Part shown: piece after piece, positions 1-8,556 of the stretch | How positions within the stretch are numbered: the first letter of the stretch is position 1 | Layout: every line of letters begins with the position of its first letter | Source: a virus | Lineage: Duplodnaviria; Caudoviricetes | DNA length: 64,000 nt | Direction: 5' to 3' (one strand) | IMG/VR virus record: IMGVR_UViG_3300035696_002928 | Span: 1-64,000 of that record | Position numbers and translations under genes: made by a program | Notes under the pieces: model-generated | What the model saw: only the letters and a program-made list of their open reading frames with translations | Told to the model about the DNA's origin: nothing | The model's database searches: none

Positions 1-351
1 TTAGGTTGGTGCCATTGCTCGAACTATTTTGTAGAAGGCCCTCGAATTCCGACCACTACCCCTCACCTCGACAATCGCCGCATCGCCAGACTCCGAGGTG
101 TAAACCTCAAAGTCCACGTCGCCGCCGTGTGGGTGGGTCTGCTGGAAGTGACACTTCGCCCCCTCGATTGCGTCTTTCAACGTGGTGGGATTATTCACAC
201 AGGGATAGAACACGCTGCTGTCCGTATCCGAAAGGACACCGACAGTAAACAGGGTCGTTTCGCTCATTTCACGCTCCTTCCATAGTTGCGTGTCCGTCGC
301 CTTCGCCACACTCTCGGCGACTCTTCCAAGTCCGGTCAGGTCTTCCATCAT
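1..351 (-). CDS. Hypothetical protein
   Basis: ATG at 351 preceded by AAGGAGG RBS; stop at 1-3; TGGTAAAAT extended -10-like element at 371-379. Confidence 0.6.
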   Translation of the reverse strand: MMEDLTGLGRVAESVAKATDTQLWKEREMSETTLFTVGVLSDTDSSVFYPCVNNPTTLKDAIEGAKCHFQQTHPHGGDVDFEVYTSESGDAAIVEVRGSGRNSRAFYKIVRAMAPT

Positions 352-437
352 CAGGCCCTCCTTGGCCGTCATTTTACCACGGATGCGGGGAAGACGGGAG
401 ACGCCTCCTGGCTGCTTCCAACCGGAAGGAGTAAGCG

Positions 438-770
438 CTAGTAGTACCGCTTGATGATGTCGGGAAATCGCGGGGCCGGGTCTCTGGCCCCGCTTTCGCT
501 TTCGATCCGCTCGACCTCCTCCAAGGGGATGCGGACCTGGCGGCCCGCCCGGTAGCAGCGGACCCGGCGGCTGCGGCACATGCTGTAGATCGTCTTGGGA
601 CTGATCTTCAAGCGGCCTGCCACTTCGGGCACGGTCAAGGCGGTGGGCTGTGGCATCTTGCCGCTGCCATCTATCAGAACAGCGGCCAAGGCGAGGCTGG
701 CGGCGGCGGCCTTGTCGCCGCCGGTATAGTCAAGATACTCGGCGTATAGGGCATTGACGGCGGTGTTCAT
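438..770 (-). CDS. Excisionase-like HTH DNA-binding protein (HTH_17/Xis-like)
   Basis: LTVPEVAGRLKISPKTIYSMCRSRRVRCYRAGRQVRIP matches the Xis/MerR-like winged HTH pattern. Confidence 0.8.
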   Translation of the reverse strand: MNTAVNALYAEYLDYTGGDKAAAASLALAAVLIDGSGKMPQPTALTVPEVAGRLKISPKTIYSMCRSRRVRCYRAGRQVRIPLEEVERIESESGARDPAPRFPDIIKRYY

Positions 771-1078
771 GGTGACTCCCGTTCAAGGAGTTCCTGTAGC
801 TTGTCCTCGTGACGGGCTCCGGTCTCGCACGCGCGGATCAGTTGCCTTCGCAGCCGCCTTACACGGCGGATCAGGGCGTCCGTGGGCGTGTTGTGTGCCT
901 GCTCCAGCAGGCTGTCGTAGCGCTCCCGCAAGGTGCGGACGCGCTGAATGTTGACCTGTCCGATGACCTCCAGCCGGCCGAGTTGGTACGCCTTGTCGAT
1001 GGCGGCCGTGATGTCGGCCAGCGTGGCAGCCAGACCGGCGGCCTCAACGGTTGATCTTGCGGGACTTCGGTTCTTCAC
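767..1078 (-). CDS. Hypothetical protein
   Basis: Overlapping start/stop coupling with neighbours; helical composition. Confidence 0.6.
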   Translation of the reverse strand: MKNRSPARSTVEAAGLAATLADITAAIDKAYQLGRLEVIGQVNIQRVRTLRERYDSLLEQAHNTPTDALIRRVRRLRRQLIRACETGARHEDKLQELLERESP

Positions 1079-1337
1079 CAGTCATCTTGTACAGGTTCGA
1101 GGTGTGCCGCTTCAAGTCTTCAAGGGCCTGGTCGCGGGCTCTTGCGGTGACGTACCAGGTCCGGTGGCACCATTTCTGGAACCACTTGGACCACTGCTCG
1201 ATGCCGAACTTCTTGTGTCGTGGCTTGCAAGCACGTTTGCGGTGTCGAGGAGCATCCTCGTAGTCGGGTTCACGCGGTCCCACAGTCGGGCAATCTCCGG
1301 GTAGTGGTCGGGCACGTCGGTCGGCTTGCGCCATCAC
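1044..1337 (-). CDS. Hypothetical protein
   Basis: ATGA coupling to the HNH gene; Trp/Lys-rich C-terminus. Confidence 0.55.
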   Translation of the reverse strand: MMAQADRRARPLPGDCPTVGPREPDYEDAPRHRKRACKPRHKKFGIEQWSKWFQKWCHRTWYVTARARDQALEDLKRHTSNLYKMTGEEPKSRKINR

Positions 1338-1810
1338 TTACCCTGCGGGCGTCGGCGCTGCGCCTCTTCGCGGATAACGCGAAGCAGGACGCTGTTGGTG
1401 CGAAGGATGAAGTGCATGATCCCTGCGAGTTCATCGACGAGCGGGTTGAAGCCGGAGAAATCGCCGCCGTGGCCGACCAGAAGGTGGCAGTTCAGGCGGT
1501 GGTCGCCTTCGCACAAGGGACGCCAGTACCGCTCGTCCATTTCGAGCGATGGGAACAGGTGGAACGGGTATTTGTGATGCGCTTGCAACCGTATCCGGCC
1601 GCCGCAGACGATGCAGCGTTTGTCCTTCAGCCAGAGTTTCGCTTCCCGTGCGAAACGGGGATTTCGCTTCGTATTGGCCGGCGTGGCGTCGGGGTCGATC
1701 CCCAGGTCGAGGGCGGCCCCGAGTATCTGGTCGATGAAGGCGCGGACGCCCTCCCCTCGGAGGATGTCGTCGGGCGGTAGGATCAGCGGTGACTTCGTTC
1801 TGGACGCCAT
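1334..1810 (-). CDS. HNH endonuclease
   Basis: CIVCGG...LQAHHKYPF...PLCEG...NCHLLVGH: CxxC plus HNH-type beta-beta-alpha-metal pattern. Confidence 0.8.
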   Translation of the reverse strand: MASRTKSPLILPPDDILRGEGVRAFIDQILGAALDLGIDPDATPANTKRNPRFAREAKLWLKDKRCIVCGGRIRLQAHHKYPFHLFPSLEMDERYWRPLCEGDHRLNCHLLVGHGGDFSGFNPLVDELAGIMHFILRTNSVLLRVIREEAQRRRPQGK

Positions 1811-1844
1811 TGTCAGTTTCTCTCGCTGCTGATTGCTCCCTGGC

Positions 1845-2258
1845 TCACTGGAAGAGTTTCCCCGCCGTGAGGTGGCTGAGGACGCGGCGACTGGCCTTGA
1901 AATAGCGGACCACGCCGCCCAACAGGCCCGCCCCGATGGCCAGGCCAAAGCCTTCGGCCATGCTGCCGGCGTGGACATAGCAGAGGTAGACGGCCCCGCC
2001 GATGATTCCGACCAGGACCAGTGTGACCAGCCCAGCCAGCAGGCACTCGCCCACGAGGATGATGGCCTTCTTCGTGAATCCCGTGGGCCTGAAATGGCTC
2101 TCGGCCCAGTCCACCAGGATTTCCTTCACCAGCGGCCCGTGGTTGCTGTTGTTCAGGGAGAGAGCGGCCTTCCGGCCGGCGATCTCGACATTCAGCCAGG
2201 TGCCTTCGTCGTTTTTGGTCAGTTCAACGGATGCTCGTGCGGTCTTCGTTTCACTCAT
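1845..2258 (-). CDS. Membrane protein (two TM helices), first gene after promoter motif copy 1
   Basis: Hydrophobic segments IILVGECLLAGLVTLVLVGIIGGAVYL and GFGLAIGAGLLGGVV. Confidence 0.65.
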   Translation of the reverse strand: MSETKTARASVELTKNDEGTWLNVEIAGRKAALSLNNSNHGPLVKEILVDWAESHFRPTGFTKKAIILVGECLLAGLVTLVLVGIIGGAVYLCYVHAGSMAEGFGLAIGAGLLGGVVRYFKASRRVLSHLTAGKLFQ

Positions 2259-2500
2259 TGGTGTCCCTTTCTCCCTACTGAATCAGCGAAAACAATCGAG
2301 CTAGAGTGATTCGTGACGAGTTTCATGCCTTTTGCGATTCGCCAGACCTCGGTCCCGTCCGTGTGTAGCGTTTGTCCAAGGGGTGTGGGTCTTGCCAGCG
2401 GCAGCGGGCCGCCTCGGCTAGCGTAAGGGCGGAAGGTCCAGGTCGCGGGCGATCTTGTCCGCCAGCCTTTGTTCCAAGGCGTCGCGCGGACAAGGCCCAC
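2255..2500 (-). CDS. Hypothetical protein
   Basis: Short ORF filling the gap between genes; overlaps motif copy 1. Confidence 0.4.
   Translation of the reverse strand: MGLVRATPWNKGWRTRSPATWTFRPYASRGGPLPLARPTPLGQTLHTDGTEVWRIAKGMKLVTNHSSSIVFADSVGRKGHQ
2276..2308 (-). promoter_or_regulatory. Bipartite repeated motif copy 1 (minus-strand reading CACTCTAGC-N11-CGCTGATTCAGTA), putative phage promoter
   Basis: + strand TACTGAATCAGCG-aaaacaatcga-GCTAGAGTG; 18 nt upstream of ATG 2258. Confidence 0.8.
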
Positions 2501-2565
2501 TGAGGTACTCGTAGACTCGCCGGGCTTCGGCCTCGCTGAGAATCACAATCTTGCTGCCGTCAACG

Positions 2566-2952
2566 TCAGTGCTGGGCATCGGTCAACTCCGTGCCTGCGG
2601 CCTTGCGCAGGCATTGCAGGGGCAACATCATGCACGACTTTCTCCGGCTGGCGGGCACCAGGACATTAACGTGCCGGTCCCAATCGGCGTCATAGAACGT
2701 GTCGAGCCAAGCCAGCGGCTTCCCGCGGGCCAATTCGGCGAGCATGGCGGCACAGCACTCGCTGATGCAGCAACCGCTCGCCACGACATCCACGACTTCC
2801 AGGCCGCGTTCGCCAATGACCAGTCGAAACTCGACTTCATCGCCGCACATGCTGCTCACGTCGGACGCCGCGTGCGTGTAGCCCTCATGCTTGAAGCCGC
2901 GAAGGCCCGGGTCCCAATAGCTGAGGAGGCGATCGGTGTACGTGTCGCGCAT
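2566..2952 (-). CDS. IscU/SufU (NifU_N) family Fe-S scaffold-like protein
   Basis: SMCGDEV, ASGCCISECCAAML and RRKSCMMLP carry the three conserved IscU-type cysteines. Confidence 0.8.
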   Translation of the reverse strand: MRDTYTDRLLSYWDPGLRGFKHEGYTHAASDVSSMCGDEVEFRLVIGERGLEVVDVVASGCCISECCAAMLAELARGKPLAWLDTFYDADWDRHVNVLVPASRRKSCMMLPLQCLRKAAGTELTDAQH

Positions 2953-3149
2953 GGGATGTCCCCGCGGGAGATGCTTAGACGATGAGCGCAAGAGCCGATC
3001 TTGTGGACCGGCGAAGCCGCTCTCACGGGAGCGGTAAGTCGTAGGTCGGCTCCGGTCTCGCCAGCGTCTTGTGCTGGTCCCCGGTCACGGCGGCCGTCTC
3101 CGGCGGCTTGGAGGATTGAGCCCTACGGGCAGCCGCGAACTCCTGCACG

Positions 3150-3380
3150 CTACGCGGACGGCGGGGCGGCCGGGGCGGTGGGAGCCGCGGGAGCCGGCGG
3201 GGTGGCCGGGGCGGCGGCCTGTTGCACGGCAGTCTCGGCCTGCTGCACGGCGGCGGATGCCGCCTGCTCGGCGGGCTTGGCGGCCTGCGTCAGGGCTCCG
3301 ACTTCGGTTTCGACGGCCGTAACAACTTTCTCCACGGCGGCCTCGGCCGCTTGGGCGGCCTGATTCAGCTTCTCGAACAT
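3150..3380 (-). CDS. Small Ala/Pro-rich protein
   Basis: 76 aa with GGAG RBS; low complexity. Confidence 0.6.
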   Translation of the reverse strand: MFEKLNQAAQAAEAAVEKVVTAVETEVGALTQAAKPAEQAASAAVQQAETAVQQAAAPATPPAPAAPTAPAAPPSA

Positions 3381-3409
3381 GGGACTTCTCCAAAGGTGAC
3401 AGGAACAAA

Positions 3410-3850
3410 TCAGGAAACGGTGGTGTCGGGGTTGGTGTCGGCCGACATGGCTGACACAAGCGCGACTTCGGTGGCGATGGCCAGCTTACGCCAGACACGG
3501 GCTTCCGTGCGGGGCGCGTGGAGCTTCTTGAAGGTCCGCTCCAAGGCGGCAGCCGCCGCGGTCTCGGCCTTCTCCAGGTCGGTGATGGCCAGCAGCACGG
3601 CGGCCACGGCCTCCATGCGGATTTGCACGTCGCCGATGGCGGCTTGGTAGTCGGGTGCATTCTGCGTCTTCGTCTTGACCATCTGCTCCTCGATCGAGCC
3701 GCGCAAGGCCGCCAGCAGGTCTTTCAGCTTCAGTCGGGCCTCGGTGAGGCTCTGCGGCGGGTTCGCTTCCAGGTCCGCGATGATGCCGGTGGCAAGTTCG
3801 GTGAGGGTTCGGGCGGCGATGGTTGTCGCGGCAACGGGCTGATTGTTCAC
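3410..3850 (-). CDS. Hypothetical coiled-coil protein
   Basis: Helical heptad-like composition; GTG start with GGAG RBS. Confidence 0.6.
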   Translation of the reverse strand: MNNQPVAATTIAARTLTELATGIIADLEANPPQSLTEARLKLKDLLAALRGSIEEQMVKTKTQNAPDYQAAIGDVQIRMEAVAAVLLAITDLEKAETAAAAALERTFKKLHAPRTEARVWRKLAIATEVALVSAMSADTNPDTTVS

Positions 3851-4521
3851 GAGCGGTCTCCAAATCGGGTGAGGGACTCATGGTAGAAGAACGCATCCCA
3901 CGCGCGGGTGCGATCCAGGATGTAGCCGTGGGGTTCCAGGATGCGGCGCAGCCGCATCAGTTCGCCGGCATCCTCGCGGTACTCGACCGTGAGGCAGCGG
4001 AAGCGGTGCATCGGATGGTGGAAATAGTCCCCCAAGACCGGCACCTCGGCCCCTTCGATGTCGAGCGAGAAGTAGTCGATCGTCTCCGGGGCCTTGTACT
4101 GGCGAAGCAGGTCGCAAAGCGTGATCGTCGTGACCCAGATGATCGGTGCCCGCCGATGCTCGTGCTCGCGCCGCCAGGCGTCCGGGAGGAAGGCCGTCAG
4201 GCCGCCCCACTGGCCACCGCGGCTGAACGACACCGTGGAATCCGTCGTGACACTCAAGGCGCGGGTCGTGTGCTGGCAGGCGGGGCGGTTCTTTCGCGCC
4301 TGATCGCTCAAGTATGGGTCGGCCTCGACAAGCAGACCGGTCCAGCCGAAGGAGTGCTCCAGGGCCAGCGTGTTGCTGTGCCGCAGACCATCGTTGATGC
4401 CGCACTCGACGAAGTAGCCGCGCTTCAGGCCGTGGGTGTGCTTAATCACCCATTCGTCCTGCCGGGTGGCCGGCTGGGAGTGCAGTTCGATGGCTCCATT
4501 GAGCAGCGTTGGACGGTGCAT
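3847..4521 (-). CDS. FkbM family methyltransferase
   Basis: GYFVECGINDG, NTLALEHSFGWTGLLVEADP, IDYFSLDIEGAE. Confidence 0.85.
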   Translation of the reverse strand: MHRPTLLNGAIELHSQPATRQDEWVIKHTHGLKRGYFVECGINDGLRHSNTLALEHSFGWTGLLVEADPYLSDQARKNRPACQHTTRALSVTTDSTVSFSRGGQWGGLTAFLPDAWRREHEHRRAPIIWVTTITLCDLLRQYKAPETIDYFSLDIEGAEVPVLGDYFHHPMHRFRCLTVEYREDAGELMRLRRILEPHGYILDRTRAWDAFFYHESLTRFGDRS

Positions 4522-5309
4522 CAGCGGGGCCTCAAGCGTTTGACGCCCGTGCGGAGCAGTTGCACCACGCTCAGGGCGTCTTCCAGAGCGGTGTGGGCAA
4601 CCGTGGGATTCATGCCGGCCCGTTCGTAGCACGTCTTGCTGTCGGGCAGCTTCTCGTCAGTTGGCAACCAGTAGAGCGTGGCCGGGTCCAGCGTGCGGTG
4701 GTGCAAACGGAACTTCCTCTCGAAGCCGTCGAGCCGTTTCAGGAATTGCCGATCGAATGAGGCGAAGTTCTTGCCGGCCGGCGTAATGGCCTTGCTCATG
4801 TCCCATCCGAGACACTGGAGCCAGGCGGCCATGTCGCTGGCCACGTCGTCCGGCCGCAGGAAAATGTCGCTCGGATTGTACGCATCGCTGGTAGGCGGCC
4901 AGTGCCGGTCGTTGTTGGGCGGCGGATTGGCCAGCTTGCGGAGGATGGCCGCGTTCAATGCCAGGGCGAACGGCTGGCCGACGATCTGCTTGTGGACCAC
5001 GTAGCAGTGGAACGTGGGCAGGTCCCGGATTGAAAGCGTCCAGTCGTCGAAGACGGCCCCGATCTCCAGGATTTGGCAGGTCTCGGGGTCCAGCCCCGTG
5101 GTCTCGATGTCGATGGAGACATAGGGAATGGCCGGCTTGGGATTCGGTATCCGCGGCTCGGTCAGGCCGTAGGAGAACGCGCCTTGCCAGCCACACGAGC
5201 ATTTCGCGGTCGGGTTTGCCGCCACGACACCTTCGCTGCTCAACACCGAGTACCGCGGGTCGATCTGCAACGGCCGCTCGCACTCGGGACAGAGTTTCGG
5301 GTTCTTCAT
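4521..5309 (-). CDS. DEDDh 3'-5' exonuclease (oligoribonuclease-like) with N-terminal Zn ribbon
   Basis: SIDIETTGLDP, AGKNFASFDRQFL, AHTALEDA; N-terminal CPEC...CSC. Confidence 0.85.
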   Translation of the reverse strand: MKNPKLCPECERPLQIDPRYSVLSSEGVVAANPTAKCSCGWQGAFSYGLTEPRIPNPKPAIPYVSIDIETTGLDPETCQILEIGAVFDDWTLSIRDLPTFHCYVVHKQIVGQPFALALNAAILRKLANPPPNNDRHWPPTSDAYNPSDIFLRPDDVASDMAAWLQCLGWDMSKAITPAGKNFASFDRQFLKRLDGFERKFRLHHRTLDPATLYWLPTDEKLPDSKTCYERAGMNPTVAHTALEDALSVVQLLRTGVKRLRPR

Positions 5310-5821
5310 GGTTGGATCACCGTGTTGTGTCGGGCTAAGACTTCGCGGACCCAATCCTCGGTCTCCTGGTGCCAGGCTCCGCAGGCACAGGGCCCAACGA
5401 GCATGTCGCACGGCTCGTTGCAGGCGTTGTAGTGGTAGTCGGTCCACTCGCTGGGCCAGGGCACAAGGCCGTTCACGTACTTCAAGACTGCGGGCGGCGC
5501 GCCGTGCGGCCGGTGCAGGGCCGTGAATAACTGGACCAGTGCATCCCTGCATTCGCGGGCTCCTACTCGGACCCTCCGCAGATCGGCCTCCGTGGCTCTC
5601 CCGGCCCTGCAAACGACTTCGGCTTCCAACTCTTTCCGGCAAACGTCACGGTAGAAGGCAAGCGCCTGCATGACGGAGCGGACGGGTTGGACCTCCGTTG
5701 TGGCCGGCGGCTTGCTGAGCACCTCCGTCCAATCGCCGAACCAGCCGCAGAGGTCGCACAGCCGGGCCGGGTCCTGGGCCGTTTCCAGGGGCGTTCCACA
5801 CTTGGGGCAGAATTCAGCCAT
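5306..5821 (-). CDS. Zn-finger hypothetical protein
   Basis: CPKC...CDLC at N-terminus; C-terminal CNEPCD...CACGAWH. Confidence 0.65.
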   Translation of the reverse strand: MAEFCPKCGTPLETAQDPARLCDLCGWFGDWTEVLSKPPATTEVQPVRSVMQALAFYRDVCRKELEAEVVCRAGRATEADLRRVRVGARECRDALVQLFTALHRPHGAPPAVLKYVNGLVPWPSEWTDYHYNACNEPCDMLVGPCACGAWHQETEDWVREVLARHNTVIQP

Positions 5822-5836
5822 CGTGGTAAACTCCCC

Positions 5837-6163
5837 TCACCTGCCGCCGCCGTAGTGACTCGGGTTCTTACCCTCCTCGGGATCGCGCGTGATGCCCTTG
5901 AACGTCAGGTTGAACTCGCGCAGCGCCCGCTGAAGCTCGGCATCGCCGTACTGCTTCTTGATGCGGTCCAGCAGGGTTTGCACCTTGACCGGCGCGGCCT
6001 TCCGGCTGCGGGCCTGGGCCTTGATGGTCTCTCGCAAGACCATCAGTTCCGTCTTGCCGCGGTCCTTCTGATTGCCCACAGTCTTGAACTGGGCATCGGA
6101 GACGGCCAGGCTTCTCTTGGTCAGCGGCAGTTGGCGTGCGCGGGCTTTCGCCATCGGTGTCAC
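5837..6163 (-). CDS. Basic hypothetical protein (paralog of 6160-6489)
   Basis: MAKARARQ start; shared C-terminal ...QYGDAELQRALREFN pattern. Confidence 0.65.
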   Translation of the reverse strand: MTPMAKARARQLPLTKRSLAVSDAQFKTVGNQKDRGKTELMVLRETIKAQARSRKAAPVKVQTLLDRIKKQYGDAELQRALREFNLTFKGITRDPEEGKNPSHYGGGR

Positions 6164-6489
6164 CTCTTCCCTTTCTTCATGCTCTTCATGTCGGCGATCT
6201 TCTCTGGGATCACGTCCATACCCCGGTAGGTCGGGTTGATAAGTTTCAGGGCGCGGTCGTATTCCATCGGGCCGTGTTGGTCAGCGATCTTGCGGAGGGT
6301 GGCGATGGTCGTGGCCTTGTTTGCCGACCGCAACTTCTCTCGCAGGGCCGCCAAGTTGCCCTGGCTGTGTTCGTCGCCGGCAAGGATGGCTCGCTTGCGG
6401 GCAGCCATTTCCGCGCGCCGGCCGCTGAGGCTGGTGGCGGTTTCCATGCTCACGCGGTTGTCGGTCTGTCGGGCGCGGGCTTTTCCCAT
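6160..6489 (-). CDS. Basic hypothetical protein (paralog of 5837-6163)
   Basis: MGKARARQ start; ...QHGPMEYDRALKLIN. Confidence 0.65.
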   Translation of the reverse strand: MGKARARQTDNRVSMETATSLSGRRAEMAARKRAILAGDEHSQGNLAALREKLRSANKATTIATLRKIADQHGPMEYDRALKLINPTYRGMDVIPEKIADMKSMKKGKR

Positions 6490-6491
6490 CG

Positions 6492-6899
6492 TCAGATTCC
6501 TAGTTCTGTGAGGGCTTGGATTTGCTTGACCGTGAGCCTCTTGATCGCCGCTTCGTAGACTTTGACGAGCCGGTCGTAGTCGGCTTTCTCGGCCTTGAAC
6601 GCTTCGACGAGTTGGCGGTACGCTTCCGCAACTGCTTTGCGGGGGCCGTAGCCGCTTCCTCCGCAGGTGGCACATTCGAGGGTTCGTCGTGAGCGGTTGC
6701 CTTCGAGCGGGCACGGCGGGTCCGTGGGGTCGTAGTTCCATCCCCGTCCCCGGCAGGCGAGGCAGGGCCACTTGTCGGGGTTGGCGGCGACCCAGGCCGC
6801 AGGCTTCCAGAGGAAGAGTTGGCGTCGGAAATCGGCGAGGCTGCGGCAGCTTCGCTCAGGTTCAGTTCGCCGCCAGCCGGTGACAAACTCTCGGGGCAT
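6492..6899 (-). CDS. Protein with DnaJ-type CxxCxGxG zinc finger
   Basis: CLACRGRG...CATCGGSG followed by a coiled-coil. Confidence 0.7.
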   Translation of the reverse strand: MPREFVTGWRRTEPERSCRSLADFRRQLFLWKPAAWVAANPDKWPCLACRGRGWNYDPTDPPCPLEGNRSRRTLECATCGGSGYGPRKAVAEAYRQLVEAFKAEKADYDRLVKVYEAAIKRLTVKQIQALTELGI

Positions 6900-7327
6900 T
6901 CGTCATCTTCCTCCGCGCGGTCATCGGTATTGGGAGCGAGCAAAATGGCCAGTGCCTTGCGGTTCAGCTTCTTCCGCGCCCAACGGGGAATAACTACCGG
7001 CAGCTTGCCGAACACGTCGAGCAGCCCCCGAACGCCGGTGGCCTCACACGCCTTCGTCCATAATTGCAGGTGCCGTTCGCAGTCCTCCTTGGCGGCATTC
7101 ATCGTCTTGTACAAGCGCGGCTTGCCGAGGAAGTCCCACACCTCCCGCGACGTTCCATGTTCGCCGCTGTAGTTGGGGACCATCACGCGGACGCACGCCT
7201 TGAAGCGCGCCGGCACGCGGATGCCGAAGGCTTCCTTGCGCCAGGTAATCCGGTAGCCCTGCTTCGAGAGCCACATCCGGGCAACCTTGCGGTTGACGCC
7301 TCGCTTCTTCTTGCGGACGAATTGCAT
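6500..7327 (-). CDS. Hypothetical protein; C-terminal low-complexity tail overlaps next gene
   Basis: N-terminal ~140 aa look globular; the remainder runs through 6492-6899 in another frame. Confidence 0.5.
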   Translation of the reverse strand: MQFVRKKKRGVNRKVARMWLSKQGYRITWRKEAFGIRVPARFKACVRVMVPNYSGEHGTSREVWDFLGKPRLYKTMNAAKEDCERHLQLWTKACEATGVRGLLDVFGKLPVVIPRWARKKLNRKALAILLAPNTDDRAEEDDECPESLSPAGGELNLSEAAAASPISDANSSSGSLRPGSPPTPTSGPASPAGDGDGTTTPRTRRARSKATAHDEPSNVPPAEEAATAPAKQLRKRTANSSKRSRPRKPTTTGSSKSTKRRSRGSRSSKSKPSQN

Positions 7328-7533
7328 TACTGGCGCTCGTCGATGCTTTCGTCGATGTCGTCCAGGCGGCGGGCGATCTGATTCAATCGCTCGGCAATCA
7401 TCAGCAGGATGATCGTGGCCGGTTCCATGCGTAGCCCCGCTTGCTGGACCTCCTCGCGGAAGCGAATGTAGGCAGCCACGGCGTCCTGGGCATCGGTGGT
7501 CGCCGGTGCTGTTTCTTCCGTCCGGTTCTTCAT
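7327..7533 (-). CDS. Hypothetical protein
   Basis: MKNRTEE start with GGAG RBS; coupled stop/start. Confidence 0.55.
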   Translation of the reverse strand: MKNRTEETAPATTDAQDAVAAYIRFREEVQQAGLRMEPATIILLMIAERLNQIARRLDDIDESIDERQ

Positions 7534-7739
7534 TGCCCGTTCCTCCCGATCCCGCTCCCGCGGCCCTTGCGCGGGTGCATGGGACTGTAGCGGTCGTGGT
7601 AGGCCGGCGGTCTGAGGATGGTGCGATAGGCACGCCGCTTGCCGCACTTCGGGCACTTGAACGGTCCCTTGGCGCTGCGGTCCTGGAACGCCTCGAAGTA
7701 GGCGTCACAGGCTCGGCAGTGGAAGTCGTACAACGTCAT
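7530..7739 (-). CDS. FmdB-family zinc-ribbon protein
   Basis: MTLYDFHCRACDAYFEAFQ...CPKCGK. Confidence 0.8.
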   Translation of the reverse strand: MTLYDFHCRACDAYFEAFQDRSAKGPFKCPKCGKRRAYRTILRPPAYHDRYSPMHPRKGRGSGIGRNGQ

Positions 7740-7954
7740 GGTCGGACCGTCTCCGGCTTGGGGACAATGAGCACGTTCTGCAAGTTCTTGATGGTCAGCA
7801 GGTGGCCGATGGCGTTGTAGCCGGCGATGTGGTCATCGCTGACCTGCGTGACGCTCAGCTTGTTGAGCCACATCTTGCTGCCACGGCGGACCGGATAGAC
7901 GACGGTATCGCCGGGCTGGATGGTGCGGCCGGTGAAATCGACGGCGGGTGTCAT
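7736..7954 (-). CDS. Hypothetical protein (small beta-barrel-like)
   Basis: DFTGRTIQPGDTVVYP pattern common in small phage proteins; ATGA coupling. Confidence 0.6.
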   Translation of the reverse strand: MTPAVDFTGRTIQPGDTVVYPVRRGSKMWLNKLSVTQVSDDHIAGYNAIGHLLTIKNLQNVLIVPKPETVRP

Positions 7955-8193
7955 GCGGGGACCTTCAGACTTTCGTAATGGTGGACAGGCGGCGGAAACT
8001 TGAAATGGACCTGCTTCGACAGTTCCGCCAGGATGGTGTCGAGAGCGGCCTTGTAGTTGGCGACGTACCGCAGCCGGGTGAGCAATTCCTTGCACGGCCG
8101 CGCGCCGTCGAAGACCAGGGCCTTCATCGCCGGCCAGAATTGCGGGTGGATGTCATGCTGCTCAAGGACCAGTTCCAGTAGCTCGCGTGTCAT
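7951..8193 (-). CDS. Hypothetical protein, first gene after promoter motif copy 2
   Basis: GGAG RBS; ATG at 8193. Confidence 0.6.
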   Translation of the reverse strand: MTRELLELVLEQHDIHPQFWPAMKALVFDGARPCKELLTRLRYVANYKAALDTILAELSKQVHFKFPPPVHHYESLKVPA

Positions 8194-8234
8194 GGTGTTG
8201 CTCCCGTGAAGGTGATTTGCGTTGTCCTGACACT

Positions 8235-8267
8235 TACTGAATCAGCGAAAAAACGAGAGCTAGAGTG
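8235..8267 (-). promoter_or_regulatory. Bipartite repeated motif copy 2
   Basis: TACTGAATCAGCG-aaaaaacgaga-GCTAGAGTG; its TAG is the stop codon of ORF 8260-8511. Confidence 0.8.
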
Positions 8268-8511
8268 GATTTCGCTGGCCGACCAAAGTCTTCAGGACGC
8301 GGAGCAGTAAATCCCATGCGAGCAAGCGCTTGCGGGGAAAGCCTGTGACCGTACCATGTCGCCACGGGCGGCCGGCAGCGTCCCTAAAGTCGGCAAAATA
8401 GTTGCCTTGAGACAGGCTCCCGGTCCCGATGTTGGTAATCGTGCCCGTAGCGAGGGTCCGTTTCCGGGCCTCGCAGCCGCCGGGGAGCAGTTCGATGGTG
8501 ATTCGGAGCAT
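8260..8511 (-). CDS. Hypothetical protein
   Basis: Globular-looking 83-aa ORF. Confidence 0.6.
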   Translation of the reverse strand: MLRITIELLPGGCEARKRTLATGTITNIGTGSLSQGNYFADFRDAAGRPWRHGTVTGFPRKRLLAWDLLLRVLKTLVGQRNPL

Positions 8512-8556
8512 CGGTCGTTTGGCGTCGGGTTGCCGGGATCGTGCGGATCATGTGTG

